Shown: positions 40,201 through 52,660 of the stretch, one piece after another | How the letters are laid out: each line of letters starts with the position of its first letter | Position numbering within the stretch: position 1 is the first letter of the stretch | Assembly: GCA_043228905.1 (NCBI GenBank) | Contig: JBHGNT010000014.1 | Location: 13,082,001-13,146,000 of the forward strand | Length of the DNA: 64,000 bases | Direction of reading: 5' to 3' | Source: Azolla caroliniana | Lineage: Eukaryota > Plantae > Polypodiophyta | Made by a program: the position numbers and the translations under genes | The notes under the pieces: generated by a model | What the model was told of the DNA's origin: nothing | Seen by the model: the letters and a program-made list of their open reading frames with translations, nothing else | The model's database searches: none

Positions 40201-42683
40201 CACAAACAGGGGGAGTCAAGGTGGAGCCGGAGGCCGGCAAGACAAATCCGCCATGGAATGCTGGTACTGTGGCAAAAAGGTCCACAGAGAAAGCGAGTGC
40301 TAGAAGAAGCACGCTGATTCGGACAGATCTGGATCCGGCAAAACCGGTAGGGAGAACCGGCAAAGCTCACACTACGCGCAAGGATCGAAAGGATCTGGAA
40401 CCGGGAAGACCGGTAAGGGGCCAGCCTTGGTGATGAAACACGAGGCTAACTCGATGAAGAAGACCACTTCCAAATCGGAGGAAGTGTGGTACGTTGATTC
40501 CGGTGCGTCAAATCACATGACGAACCACAAAGAGTGGTTCTCCTTCTTAGAGAAACCGGAACAACCGGGAGTTGTCGAAACCGGAGACGACACTCCTCAC
40601 CCAATCATGCATGTCGGAGAAGTTCCCCTGAGCCACGTCGGACAGAGGGGGAAGCTTACGAACGTATTACACGTTCCGACTATCACGAAAAACCTGGTGT
40701 CGGTTGGACAGATCGTCGACCAAGGAATGCAGGTGCGGTTTACGCACCTCGGGTGCTTCATCGAGGAGGAGGGCCAGATTATCGCGCAAGGGCACAGAGA
40801 TGGGAGGATGTTCATCCTTGACACCAATGACGTCGGCGCCACCTTGTTCGCCAAACGACAGAAGGTCGAATCGGACATCGACTTGTGGCACAAGCGGATC
40901 GGCCATGTCAATTACCGAAGGCTTCAAGACGTGCAGACGAAACAAGTTGTTTTCGGTTTGCTGAAGTTTAGTGGCTGGAAGGCCCAAGTATGTGAAGCCT
41001 ACCAACTTGGGAAGCAACACCGGCTTCCATTCCCCGCCAAACAAAACCATATCCGTAACAAGCTCGACCTTATTCATTCAGATGTATGGGGACCAACACA
41101 AAACGTGAGTCTTGGCGGGAGTCGATACTTCGTCTTCTTCACCGACGACTATAGCTGGCACACATGGATCTACCTCATTGAGCGGAAGAGCGAAGTCTTT
41201 GACTGTTTTCGGAACCTCCAAAGCATGGTGGAACGGGAATCAGAGAGGAAGATCAAGTGCATGTGGTCAGATGGCGGAAAAGAATATTTTTCTGGCCAAT
41301 TCAACAGTTATCTGCAACAAATAGGAATTCGGAGAGAGTTCAGCTGTAGATACACACCGGAGCAAAACGATGTGGCCGAAAGGAAGAATCGGTCGCTTGT
41401 CGACGCGGCAAGGGCAATGCTGGAAGAGAAGAGAATGCCCCATTTCTACTGGGCGGAGGCAGTCCGAACGGCCGTTTACATCCAAAACCGGATCTGTGAC
41501 AAGGTGTCCGCGCATGAGCTGTATTTTGGGCGCAAGCCGAATTTGAGACACCTTCGGAGTTTCGGCAGCGAAGGGATACACACAGACCCATGGAATCGAC
41601 TATGACGAGACCTTCGCTCCAATAGCGAAGATGACAACGGTTCGTGTGGTGCTGGCGGTTGCTGCGGGAAGGGGGTGGCATCTTCACCAGATGGATGTGA
41701 AGAATGCATTTCTTCAAGGAGATCTTGAAGAAGAGGTCTTTATGATACAACCCCTCGGTTTCCAGATGGAGATGAACAAGTCGGCGGTATGCTGGCTGAA
41801 GAAGTCACTTTATGGCCTGAAGCAAGCCCCCCGAGCTTGGAATGCGAAGATCACGCACCGGTTGCGTAAGATGGGGTTTGTGGCCTCGAAGTCCGACTCT
41901 TCGTTGTTCATCCGGCAAGGTCCGAACGGTCCGGTTTGCATCTTGTTGTATGTTGATGATCGGGTCATCACCGAACCCGGACTCGATGAAATGAGCCAAG
42001 TCAAGTTCCAATTGTTGGATGCGTTTGAGATAAAGGACCTAGGGGACCTTCATTATTTTCTTGGGATCGAGGTGATCCGAACCCCCGACGGCATATTGCT
42101 CTCACAGAGGCCCTATGTGTTGAATATGTTGTACAAGTTCAGCATGACAGAATGTCGACCTGTCTCTACACCCATGGACCGGAACTAGAAGCTCTGTCCC
42201 AACTCCGGACCGGCCTGCGTTGAGAAACGGTTCCGACAAATTGTCGGAAGCCTTATATATTTGACCATCACCCGACCCGACATAAGCTATCAGGTCGGTG
42301 TGATTAGCCAATTCATGCAGAAGCCCACCGTAGAGCACCTTTAGTGCGCGAACCGAATACTGCGGTATGTGAGCAGCATGAAGGACCAGGGACTGTTATA
42401 CCGGCGAGGTATAACCGAAGAGCTAGTCAGTTACACAGATACGGACTGGGCCGGCGATGCATCAAATCGCCGATCAACCTCCAGTCATATGTTTTCCCTA
42501 GGTAGCGCGGCTGTTGCGTGGAGCAGCAAAAAGCAACCAATAGTTTCTCTGTCGAGCACTGAGGTTGAGTATCGGGGCGCTACAGTTGCCACCTGTGAAG
42601 CCATTTGGCTTTGGCGGCTGCTGCAAGACCTACGGATCGAGGTACCGACCCCAATTCTGATCTACTGCGACAACATAAGCAAC

Positions 42684-42857
42684 TGTTGGGAAATCGACTA
42701 AAAAACTTTACCTCTCGGCCACAACCGAGGAAACACGAATCAATGCAGAAGTAAATAAAAAAAACACAGAGAATGTACAATGGCGAGCTGCAAGGCGACG
42801 ACCTTGAGCTCGCTGTCCTCGCCACAGGCGGCGGTATTACACAGAGGCGTCGGCCTC

Positions 42858-42895
<38 letters not shown>

Positions 42896-45800
42896 CTGCT
42901 CTCACTTCGCTCCCTCTAAGTGGAAAATAGAAAAATGAGCAACAACAACAAAACTGTTTGCCCTAAGTCATATTTATACACATATGACTTTCGGGCTATT
43001 TACAAGTATAGCCTCGAGGGCCCTTGGCAAACATATTCACAAATATGTCCCCGCATTCGGATCTCTCTCCGGGTACATTCGTCATCCGGCTCCGTAGCCG
43101 GGGTCTTCATCATCCGGATCCGAAACCGGGTCTTCATCGTCCGGTTCCGATACCGGGTACTCCTCATTCGATTCCCGGACATCTGACCATCCCATCCGGA
43201 GGGACCGTAATCCCAACAAACTCCCCCTTCACTTCGGCATGGGATGTCTTTCCAGTCCGACCCTCTTCCGGCACGCTTCCAACTTGTCGGGTGTGAGCAC
43301 TTTGGTCAGCATATCTGACCCGTTCTCGTCCGTGTGGATCTTCGTCAGCACGAACTCCTGGTCTTCTATCCTTTCCCGGATCTAGTGATATCTTCGCTGG
43401 ATGTGCTTCGTCCGGGAGTGATAGGCCGCATTCTTCGCAAGGTGGATGGCACTCTGACTGTCGCAGTAGAGTCGGTACTCCTCCTGCCGGATACCAAGCT
43501 CTCTAATGAAGTCCTTCATCCATATTATTTCCTTGCCGGCTTCAACAGCCGCCATGTACTCCGCCTCCGTGGTTGACAACGCAACCGTCTTCTGCAGCCT
43601 CGACTGCCACGAAACAGCTCCCCCTGCATACGTCATCACATACCCTGATGTGGACCGGCTGGTATCTGCATCAGCCGACATATCCGAATCGTTAAAGCCG
43701 TCGAGTTCGGGCTTACCGGAGCCGAATCGGAGGCACACGTTTGCCGTGCCCTTCAGGTATCAGAGTATCCACTTGGCCGCGTTCCAGTGCTCTTTGCCGG
43801 GATTGCTCATGTACCGGCTCACCACTCCGACTGCATATCCTATGTCCGGTCTTGTACACACCATTGCGTACATCAAGCTTCCGACGGCAGAGGCATATGG
43901 TACTTTCATCATGTCCTCCTTCTCAGCCTTTGTCTTGGGGCTTTGCTTGCTGGACAACCTGCAGTTTGCCGGGAGGGTTGACCCGACCGGTCTTGCTTCC
44001 GACATGTTGAACCGGTGAAGCACCTTTGTCACGTACTTCTCTTGTGACAGCCACAACTGCTTCTTCTTCCGGTCCCGGATGATGTGCATCCCTAGTATTT
44101 GCCTCGCCGGACCCAGGTCCTTCATTGAGAAGGTTCGGTGAAACGCTTTCTTCAGCATCCGTATCTTGACCTGGTCCCGTCCGACGATCAACATGTCGTC
44201 CACGTACAGGAGGAGTATTAGAAAGTCTCCTCCTTTGAACTTCTTCACAAACACACAGTGATCAGACTGCGTTTTGTGGTACCCTTCGTCGGTCATGAAA
44301 GAGTCGAACTTCCGGTACCATTGCGGGGAGCCTGTTTCAGTCCGTAAAGGCTCTTCTTCAATCGGCATACCAGGTGCTCCTTTCCTTTCTTCTCGAATCC
44401 TTCCGGTTGCTGCATGTAGATCTCTTCTTCGAGGTCACCGTGAAGGAATGCCGTCTTCACGTCCATCTGTTCTACCTCGAGGTCCATGCTTGCCGCTATG
44501 CTCAGCACCGTCCGGATGGAGGTCATCTTCACTACTGGGGCAAATATCTCGTCGAAGTCGACGCCCTTCTTCTGCTGGAACCCCTTCACCACGATCCTGG
44601 CTTTGTATCTCGGGGGGTTTCCGGCATCTCCCGGTTTCAGCTTGAACACCCACTTGTTTCGAAGTGCCCGCTTTCCTTTCGGCAACTCCACAAGTTCATA
44701 TGTGTGGTTCTCATGCAGGGAATCCATCTCCTCCTGCATGGCACTTAACCACCTGCGGCTATGGGTGTCAAGCTTTGCTTCTTCAAAACTCTCCGGCTCC
44801 CCTTCGTCGGTTAGCAGCACGTGCTCTGGTTCCGGAAATCTCCGGGGGGCCCTTCTCTCTCTTAGAGGATATCTCCGTTCCGGAGCTTCGGTAACCGGCT
44901 CCTCCGTTTCCTCTTCATCCGAATCCATTTCGGGATCGGGGCCGGTTCCGGTATCAGTTTCATCTTCCTCGGCCGGTTCTGTTTCTTCACCGTCTTCAAG
45001 TGGATCCTTGAGTGCTAACCGGTCCCTTGCCGGTTGGGACTGCTCCTCGTAGAGTTGATCCTCACCGGTCGACTTGGAGCTCTTCATCTTCTTCTCCGAC
45101 TCCCAGTCGGCGAGTGTCTTGTCCTCCATGAAGATGATATCACGACTCCAGAATATCTTTTCGTTGACCGGGTCCCATACTCGGTAGCCGAACTCGTCAT
45201 CGCCGTAACCGAGGAATATGCATGGCCGGGTCTTTGGATCTAGCTTTCCTCTCCGGTCCTTTGCCACATGCACATATGCGAGACACCCGAACACCTTCAG
45301 ATGCCGGTAGGATACTTCCCTGCCGGTCCAAACTCTCTGCGGCGTGTCTCCGTCCAAAGGTACTGAGGGTGATCTGTTTATCACGTATGTCGCCGTCGAC
45401 ATTGCCTCAGCCCAAAACCCCTTGGGTAATTTCGCATGCGCCAGCATACTCCGAACCCTCTCCATTATGGTCCGGTTCATCCTCTTGGCCAGCCCGTTCA
45501 GTTCCGGCGTCTTCGGCACAGTAAACTCGAGCCGGATTCCCTTCGAGCGACAGTACTCCTTGAACTGCCCCCGGTATTCCCCTCCGTTATCCGCTCGTAT
45601 CGCTTTCAGCTTCTTGCCGGATTCCCTTTCCACTCTCGCGTGGAGTTCTTTGAAGACGCACAACACTTGGTCCTTTGTCTTCAACGGTGCCGTCCACAGC
45701 TTCTGGCTATGGTCATCAATGAATGTCACGAAGTACTGGGCTCCGCCATGTGACTTCGTTTCTACTTGACACACGTCAGTGTGCACCAACTCCAATGGTG

Positions 45801-48681
45801 CGCTACGTCTCGTCGGTGGCCTTGAGTGGAAGGAGGTTCGGTTCTGCTTACCGGCCAGGCAATCGGTGCACTTCTCCAGGTGCACATGCTTCACTGGAAT
45901 AAGGTTGTCTTCTGCAAGCCTCTTCATCCCCTTCTCACTCATGTGGCACAGTCTCTTGTGCCACAGCTCACCGGCAGTGTCGGCTGCCACATTCAACTCC
46001 TCCGGACACAACCAGGCATTCATAAGGTACAGTGTGTTGACTTTCCGGGCCCGAGCCACTATCAGGCTCCCCTTGCTGAACTTCATTACGCAGTTCCGGA
46101 TGCTACCTGTGTAGCCTTCATCGTCTAGCCTCCCGGCCGAAATCAGGTTCAATCGAACCTCCGGAACGTGCCGGACATCCTTCAGCAACATTTTGCATCC
46201 GGTCGAGGTTGTTAACCACACGTCTCCTATGCCGGCAATCCGGCACGTACCTTCATTTCCCATCCGAACACAGCCATGCTCACCGGCTGTATAGGATGAG
46301 AAGTATCTTCTTTCCGGGGTCAGGTGGAATGACGCTCCGGAATCGACCACCCAGGTAGTCTCATCGCCGGCAATGTTTAGTTCACCTTCTTCGGTGATGA
46401 GCATGATCTCCTCTTCACTTGCCGCGAGTGCCGTTGTTCCTTTCCGGTCCTGCCCTCGCCGATCCGAACCATTCCGGTCCGTGGCTCCCCGGTAAGCACC
46501 GTTCCGTTCCGAAAACTTCTTCGAATCGGTGTCGTCGGCTCCGTTGTCTTTTCGGTAATGCCGACAATTCTTTCGGAAGTGCCCCGACTTCCCACAGTGG
46601 AAGCATGTGGGCCTTCCTCTTGACTGCGACCGGGTCCCCGACTTCTCCCGTCTTTGCGGACTCCGGTTCCGTTGTCTTCCCCGATCCGATTCGGTAAGCA
46701 GCATCTTCGGATTGGAGGCCGGTTCTTTATCTCTCCGACGCGCCTCTTCGTTCAAAATGCTTGTCTTTACCGTTTGTAAGGACAAGTTATCTTCGGTGCA
46801 GGAGGTGCTGAGAGTCACCACCAAGTTCTCCCAGCTTTCCGGCAATGTACACATCAGCATGATGGCTTGCATTGCATCCTCCAACGGGAACTTGATCGCC
46901 GCAAGCTGGTTCACGAATCCCATGAACGTGCTTACGTGTTCCACCATACTCTCGCCGTCCCGGTACTTGAGGTTCACTATCCTCCTCATCAGGGAGGTCC
47001 GGTTCAACGCATTCTTCCTCTCGTAGAGGCCCGACAGCTTCTGCCACATCTCATATGCGTTGGTGTCGTTCGCCACATGTTGTAGAACGCTCACGTCGAC
47101 GTATTGCCGAATGGTTGCAACGGCTTTCCGGTTCAGAAGCCTCCATTCCGTCTCAAGTACCCCCTTGGGTATTTCTGACCTGTCGATCGGTTCATACAGG
47201 TCCCGAACAATGAGCAGATCCTCCATCTTTATCTTCCAGTCGGCGTAGTTCTGCGCATTCAGCACCATCATCCCCGGCTGCCCGCTGCTGCCGCCTTCCA
47301 TTTTTCTGCACTTGAGTCGCTCTGATACCAGATTGTTGGAAAATCGACTAAAAAACTTTACCTCTCGGCCACAACCGAGGAAACACGAATCAATGCAGAA
47401 GTAAATAAAAAAAACACAGAGAATGTACAATGGCGAGCTGCAAGGCGACGACCTTGAGCTCGCTGTCCTCGCCACAGGCGGCGGTATTACACAGAGGCGT
47501 CGACCTCTTCCTTTCTCTCTCTCTCTCTCTCTCGGCTGCTCTCACTTCGCTCCCTCTAAGTGGAAAACAGAAAAATGAGCAACAACAACAAAACTGTTTG
47601 CCCTAAGTCATATTTATACACATATGACTTTCGGGCTATTTACAAGTATAGCCTCGAGGGCCCTTGGCAAACATATTCACAAATATGTCCCCGCATCCGG
47701 ATCTCTCTCCGGGTACATTCGTCATCCGGCTCCGTAGCCGGGGTCTTCATCATCCGGATCCGAAACCGGGTCTTCGTCATCCGGCTCCGTAGCCGGGGTC
47801 TTCATCATCCGGATCCGAAACCGGGTCTTCATCGTCTGGTTCCGATACTGGGTACTCCTCATTCGATTCCCGGACATCTGACCATCCCATTTGGAGGGAC
47901 CGTTGTCGTAGTGTATTTCGTACACTACGTGAAAAAGTAAAAATAATATAACCGATTTAATTACATATAAATAAATAAAATAAGAATATCAAGATATTTA
48001 TCACGTGCATAGGGCAAGATTTGAACCTTGTACCTCCACGTAGCCAAACCTCAACTTTACCATTATGCTACCTTATCTTTAGTGTTCTATAAATAGATTT
48101 AATAACTATAAGTGCTTTATTTGCGCCTACCTTTATTAAAAGGTAAATCATGCATTTTTAGAGTGCGTGAATATTTTATAGAAAAAAAACAACGCAAGCA
48201 ACTAAAAAGTGACTCATGCACATCTAGCGTGCATGAGCACTATATTTAGCAAATAAAAGCAAGGATTAGAAAAGCATCACATGCACATTTAGTGTGCATG
48301 AACATATGAGAAAAAGCATGTAGCTATGCTTAGTCTCTCCCATCACTACATAAGGATGGGGAGCACAATGTAATAGGTGTGAAAAATATTTGGAAACTAG
48401 ATATGTTTCTAAAAAACACCAATTAATAAACTATACTCGTGGGATTCACGAGAATTCTATATCATTCTCTTTCAACCGAAGTTTATATTCTTATATTCAT
48501 ATTGATTAATCTAATACAATACACTCGTGGGATTCATGAGTTTGCTATAACTCTTTCTTACAACATATTTATATTCTTATTAGCCTTAAAACTCTCCTCT
48601 TCCTAGTCCAAAACCCCAGCGGTTCCCACCCGACTCACGCAACGATCCGGAGCCGAAAGGCATGACACCGTAATCCCAACA
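42684..48681 (-). mobile_element. Ty1/copia element B nested in the RNase H of A: 3' LTR 42684-43218, 5' LTR 47334-48681 (interrupted), gag-pol 47301 to ~43229
   Basis: TSD gcaac/gcagc; PBS (rc tggtatcagagc) 47319-47330; PPT 43219-43230; long ORF with [12 protein letters not shown], integrase and RT; 1-nt frameshift at ~44325 and nonsense codons at ~43760 and ~43383. Confidence 0.96.
47904..48667 (+). mobile_element. 764-bp solo LTR (probably gypsy) nested in the 5' LTR of B
   Basis: Termini tgtc..gaca; flanking ccgt duplicated; absent from the other LTR of B (gggaccgtaatcccaaca uninterrupted at 43201); TATA-like and AATAAA signals on the plus strand. Confidence 0.85.
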
Positions 48682-50414
48682 GCAGCATGCAGCTTGCCAA
48701 GAACCCCGTATTCCATGCTCGCACAAAGCACATAGAAGTGCACTATCACTTTGTGCGTGAGCGTGTCCTAAGCGGTGAGGTCGAACTTCGGTATGTTCAG
48801 ACGGATCGGCAAGTTGCCGACATCTTCACCAAACCACTCGGATCGGACAAGTTGCAGCACTTCACCGAAATTCTTGGTGTTCAACATCTCGATGTGCCAC
48901 ACTTGAGGGGGAGAACGGGCAAAAACATCGGAACGGGCAAAGGAAAAGAGATTGCCGAGTGCGCCGGTGAGGGAAGAATCGATAAAGGGAGAGACAAGAA
49001 GAAGAAAGGAGCTGAGTCGACAAAGGAAGTCAACACATCCAAACAAGTCGAAACAAGCGGCAACGGCGGCAGAGTCAAGAAGGACAGAGCCGACGGGAGG
49101 AAGAAGGCCAAGACCTGGACATGGTTCGATGTGGTGAAGGGCCTCGAATCGGAAGACGAATCAGGAGCGACCGATTTGGACAAGAGCTGGAACGAATCGG
49201 AGATAGTGGATTCGGTTCAACAGATAGATTCGGAAGGACCAGATCAATTCAAGGCCAAGAGGACGAGAAGGCAACGAAAGTCAACGCCAACACAAAGGAA
49301 TCGGCGAACCGGCACGCGCCGAAGTCACAACAGCGAGGGAGCTAAATTGGGCCTGTTGAGCAAACAAGCCGACCGAGGAGGTCGAGGTGCGCAGAACAAG
49401 AGGGGTCGCGGCAAACAGAACCGGACCGGACGAAGAGCGCGAGCAAGGCGGAGTAACACCAGAAGGAGCCGGGCAGAAGGACCGATGGCCACAGACGTTG
49501 ACACTACGACCAGACCTCATGTTGAGCTTGAGGGGGAGTGTTGAGCGGCAAGCTCAATTGGAGCCGGATCGGCTAAATAATCCTGAGCCGGTGAGCGAGA
49601 AGGATCGGTGAGCTGGTGAGCACCCAGTGAGCAAAAGAGCCGGTGAGCTGGGGATCCGGTTAGCCGGATCCATCAGTAATCGGAAGCCTAGTAGCAGCTA
49701 GACTACCAGGGAGTTAATACTCTCGTAGTTAGTGTCAGATGCTCGAGTGAGCATTGAAGTACACCGTACTTCTGTTAGTCCATATGGACTTGTATAAAAG
49801 TGTTCGTTGAACACATACTATGTACAGAGTGTTGATATAATTTTTGAATAGTGATTCTTGTTCTGCTCTCTCTGTCTCTCCCGCGTATTGTTAAGCTCTC
49901 CATTAAACCTGTTCTCTATTTTTTGTTTTCTATTGCTTCCGCACGCTATTTGTTTTTACAAAAGTTTAAATAATCTCGATTCGGATCCATATTCCCAACA
50001 GATATAGATGTCCACACTGAGTTCAAGTGCAAACATCATCGCTCACACGGCTTTCGGAAGCAGCTATTTATAGGGAAAGCGTGTCTTCGAATTGCAACAC
50101 AAACAACAAATCATACTAAATAAATCATTTTAAGTCTTATCTCACACACATATAAGTATTGATTGTTGTTTGGAAATTTAAATAGATCAAGATGCCTTTG
50201 CATTGTGTTCTGATTTTTGGTTTTCCGGACATATTGCTTTTGATTTCCACGCTCCTCCCATGGGCATATGCGCCTTCTGCTTGCAACACATCCGGAATGG
50301 CAGGATCAAGCGAGGGAGGAGATAGTCGTGCTATGCAGCAAGAGCGCGGATGTAATGCCCTCAATGGAGTCAATGAACCAAATGAAGATCACAAGTAATA
50401 ATGTCGAAGAATGT

Positions 50415-50570
50415 CTAAACCCTAAAACACCTCTAAACCCTAAACCCTCATAAACCCCTAACCCCTAAGCCTTAATAAACCCCTAACCCCTAAACCTTAA
50501 TAAACCCCTATCCCCTAAACCTTAATAAACCCCTAATCCGTCAACCTTAATAAACCCCTAACCCCTAACC
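50415..50570 (+). repeat. Telomere-like minisatellite in the P450 last intron
   Basis: taaaccc units grading into a 25-bp period cttaataaacccctaacccctaaac (50471, 50496, 50521, 50546). Confidence 0.85.
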
Positions 50571-51157
50571 TTGGTTTGACATAATTAGGGTTTGTTTCAT
50601 TACCTATGTCTTGATTAGTATGTTTTCTTAATGGAAATTTTGAGTGTGGAAAACCAATCTTAGGTAATAATCTATACAATTGACAGTTGACCATGATGCT
50701 GAATGAGACGATGAGACTATACCCGCCGGTCGTGGCGATGATAAGGATGGTGGAGAAGGACACGAGGCTAGGAGGAGTGGAGGAGGAAGACACAGTGGTG
50801 ATATTGTCAGGGACGGAGATAGTGTTGCCAGTGCTCATGTGGCATCATGAGGCAGAGTACTCGGGGAACGACACAGATGAGTTCCGGCCGAAGCTGTTCG
50901 AGGGAGGGGTGGCCAAGGCATGTTGGGTGCTAGGGGCGTACCTCCCATTCTCCATAGGACCAAGGGTTTGTATCGGGCAGGGTTTCGCGATGATGGAGGC
51001 GAAGACGGTGTTGGCCGCCATCCTACAGAGCTTCCACTTCCATGTGTCGCCGTCGTACCCCCACGCCCTTGCCACTGTGCTTACCTTGCAGCCACAATTC
51101 GGGATGTAGATCACCTTCACCCATCTTAACTAGTCTCCTCTTCTCTCTCTCTCTTTT

Positions 51158-51593
51158 GTCGGAAATGTATGTTTGTTACACAAGATGATAATACAACCCT
51201 TGTTATCTCCACTTACTTCATTAGCTTCTCTCTCTCTCTTGGAAATGTATCTTTGTTATTAATACAAGATGGATAGTACAACCCTTCCTATATCCACTAA
51301 TTTCATTACTAGGTATATGGCAAGGTAACCCCTCTCAAATCTTGTAATACTAGATTTTGTCAAAAATGTATGTTATTGAAAGAAGATGATAATACAACCC
51401 TTGCTATCTCCATGTACTTTTTACTTCATTAGTAGTTATATGGCAAGATAACCCCTCTCAAGTGTTGTAATACTAGATTTTGTCAGAAATTTATGTTTGT
51501 TATTTAAACAAGATGATAATACAACCCTTTTTATATCCACTTCATTAGTAGTTATGTGGCAAGGTAACCCCTCTCAAGTGTTGTAATACTAGA
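51158..51593 (+). repeat. ~120-bp degenerate tandem repeat (about 4 units) downstream of the P450
   Basis: aaatgtat..acaagatgataatacaaccctt..cttcattag..ggcaaggtaacccctctcaa..tgtaatactagat recurring. Confidence 0.75.
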
Positions 51594-52184
51594 TGGTGCT
51601 CTCTCTCTCTCTCTCTTCAACCAAATCTTGTAGGATACTAGTAATTCTTAAAAGAAACCTGATGAATGTCGTCACTTAGTTTTGGATTCCAAACTAATCA
51701 TATGCATGATTGATTATCAAATTAAAGAGTGGCTTTGAAAAATCAAATCAATTAAGTTCTTGAAATATATAGTAGATCCATATTCCGTCTTTGGCACCAA
51801 CAACAACATGACTACATATTCCACCAAAGAAACTTTTTGCTTAATTCTTTTGATCACCATGCTACAACAACTCCAACAAGACAAAGTTTTTCTATCCCAT
51901 AATTGCGATGGGTGGGTTTGTCCATTGGTTGAGGTTGATCTCAATGGAATTTGATTCAGACCTAGTATAAGTCAAGGCCATATCTTTTGTGTGCTTCATA
52001 TGTAGTGCATCAACCCCTTAAAGCTTTAGGCCATTTCATTGCGTAACACTCATTTCAACAAACCTTCTGTTGAGCTCTTGCAATAAGCTTTCATTTTGAG
52101 TTCAACAGTACAGAATTCAAAGAGTTTTCTTTTGGTAAGGCAATAGTGGTATGAACTCATACCACAAATGTTCCTCAAAGATTT

Positions 52185-52322
52185 TTTTCATGGGATCTCA
52201 TCACGATAGAACTTAGGACACTATGATGGTACTCAAATAACTTTTCATGGGATCACGATAGAACTTAGGACACTATGATGGTACTCAAAGAATGTTTTCA
52301 TGGGATCTCATCACCATAGAAC
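52185..52322 (+). repeat. ~55-bp tandem repeat x2.5
   Basis: tttcatgggatc..cacgatagaacttaggacactatgatggtactcaaa. Confidence 0.75.
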
Positions 52323-52660
52323 TCCTAGAATTCTATCATCTAAGGCTCTTGCATATGAAGAACATCCTTTGCCTTGTGTTTGCATTTTTCTTGAAAGAGG
52401 TGTGACTAGCAAAACTACTACTCATCTTGTTAGGTGCCATCGGTACTATGGACGAGAAGTTCAACGCTAGCCCTCATGTTTGTTTATCTAACATCATGAG
52501 CAGGTTTGGTTACTAGAATTTAGACTCCGCTCTAGTTTGTGGGAAAGTCACTATGATTCTACAAATTAGTATGACCTTGGCTCTAGCCACACCACATTTT
52601 GAAAATGGGGTTAGTGCTCCCCAATTTAAAGAACATCGAACTACCCCATGAATTCCCCAA

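Larger units (their letters stand above)
38962..49960 (+). mobile_element. Ty1/copia element A, defective: LTRs 38962-39383 and 49539-49960 (422 bp), PBS 39384-39395, gag-pol from 39482
   Basis: TG..CA LTR pair; TSD gaagt/aaagt; PBS tggtattagagc; PPT gagggggag; WYVDSGASNH protease; HHCC/DDE integrase; RT YVDD; RNase H split by element B; several stops and an internal deletion at ~41570. Confidence 0.96.
38123..50000 (+). mobile_element. Solo LTR (~0.87 kb: 38123-38961 plus 49966-50000) inserted in the P450 exon and itself split by copia A
   Basis: Termini tgttggg..cccaaca; TSD aatat/gatat; copia-like U5 motif cccgtggtttttccc..gggttttccacg. Confidence 0.82.
38040..51133 (+). pseudogene. CYP72-clan cytochrome P450 pseudogene; segments 38040-38122, 50001-~50125, ~50245-50390, 50687-51133
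   Basis: LMLPTMASCTTTMIEQWK..GH | DIDVHTEF..ANIIAHTAFGSSYL*GKRVFELQ; LLATHPEWQDQAREE; NETMRLYPP (ExxR); heme motif PFSIGPRVCIG. Stops present, I-helix missing, splice sites decayed, 5' exons absent. Confidence 0.88.

Noticed and set aside
47302-47475. N-terminal extension of the 1060-aa ORF (MARTASS..)
   Set aside because: Runs through the LTR and PBS; the true Gag start is more plausibly ATG 47301
39389-47940. Many overlapping antisense and alternate-frame ORFs in the copia elements (also 54265-63197)
   Set aside because: Expected shadows of GC-rich gag-pol; no independent motifs
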